From positions 294,623 through 358,622 of the forward strand of contig NMRA01000464.1 in the NCBI GenBank assembly GCA_002633005.1: a stretch of 64,000 bases of DNA. Reading direction: 5' to 3'. Position 1 is the stretch's first letter. Every line of letters starts with the position of its first letter. Below the pieces are notes generated by a model. That model made no database searches. It was given only the letters and a program-made list of their open reading frames with translations, and was not told the DNA's origin. Shown here one piece after another: positions 63,191-64,000 of the stretch. Made by a program: the position numbers and the translations under genes. The DNA comes from Phoronis australis. Lineage: Eukaryota > Animalia > Phoronida.

Positions 63191-64000
63191 ATTAGTGCTA
63201 GGGCGTCCATTTGGACGCCCAGGACGTACGCTGCATGAAGGCCTGCTTCTGGGACAATTTGGGATCGGATGCTATGTCGATAATAGTCGCTTAAAGGGGC
63301 CTCTCTTTAAAACCTTTTCCCTTTTAGTATATAATAAAATAAAACGGAGATACATGGATTTCCAAGCTCTAGTAGTAAAGTACTACCAAACCATACTCAA
63401 ATTTTCATGAAAACGGCAAGATGTGCAGAGATGTTTGACAGCCAAGTTTGCCTCCTAAGCATAGTCTCAGCGATAATGCATGTCTGCCATAACATGAGCT
63501 GAAATAGGTACGCGAGAACTCGAGATTTCTCAAGGACAACGTATGTCCATGACAACATGCATCATCTCTTTCAGTAATAAAATGGCAATACATGAATAAT
63601 CTTGTTCACGCAGGAAATAGCCAATGATGACTGTTACTCTGAAGGGAATTTATTCACAAGGCTCATAAATTAAACATTTTATTTTTGAAATCAAGCCTTT
63701 CAGTATTGGCTACCCATTGTGTAGCTGCGCTGGCCCATGCAGTTCAGACAGTGGGACTGTCTACCCACCGTGCTCTGCCCCTGATACAGTAGACAGTAGT
63801 TAATCTGCTGTGCATGAACTTGGAATCCTGCTTAATCTCAACTCGAATCAAGATGAAGTAGGCGAGCACAGCAGATCCACTAATACTCACAGCCAGACAG
63901 GACCTAGCCCCTTAGTCTCAATCAGCTGCATGGGTGCACCAGAAGGGTGTAGGCCTATTGCCTAACCAACACTGCCACAAGCACCAGTGGCAGATTTAGA

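Noticed and set aside
63291-63620. Third Kolobok end (TTAA-AGGGGC)
   Set aside because: No matching inverted end with TTAA was found in the window.
56161-64000. Missing 5' ACADL exons or a ~31-nt micro-exon
   Set aside because: Candidate donor sites (near 57298, 59221, 61401, 63889) gave no ACADL-like peptide; the exons are presumed to lie beyond the window.

Overview
AT-rich, intron-rich animal genomic DNA, most likely from an invertebrate bilaterian; the organism cannot be fixed from sequence alone. Three spliced genes can be rebuilt with GT-AG junctions and consistent phases. (1) The last three coding exons of HAT1 (+, 1476-10454). (2) A complete KANSL1/NSL1-family gene (-, 8 coding exons, 38162-15526, 1167 aa), tail-to-tail with HAT1. 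(3) The 3' six exons of ACADL (-, 56160-45793); its 5' exons were not found in the window. Introns and intergenic DNA hold many mobile elements: a decayed L1/Tx1 LINE with a nested Kolobok element, a second Kolobok element (both have TTAA flanks, a THAP remnant and a KolX/P2X7-ballast-like remnant), three Helentron/DINE-1-like (HINE) elements, a Penelope-like GIY-YIG remnant with an inverted pseudo-LTR and hammerhead-like motifs, a Gypsy-type LTR plus PPT and protease remnant, and several MITEs. The most striking signal is that each HINE copy carries 8-11 co-oriented CTCF-consensus-like motifs spaced mostly about 140-150 bp apart. A second highlight is that the ACADL-KANSL1 order and orientation mirror the human ACADL-KANSL1L pair. 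All calls come from reading the sequence by eye; no searches were run.
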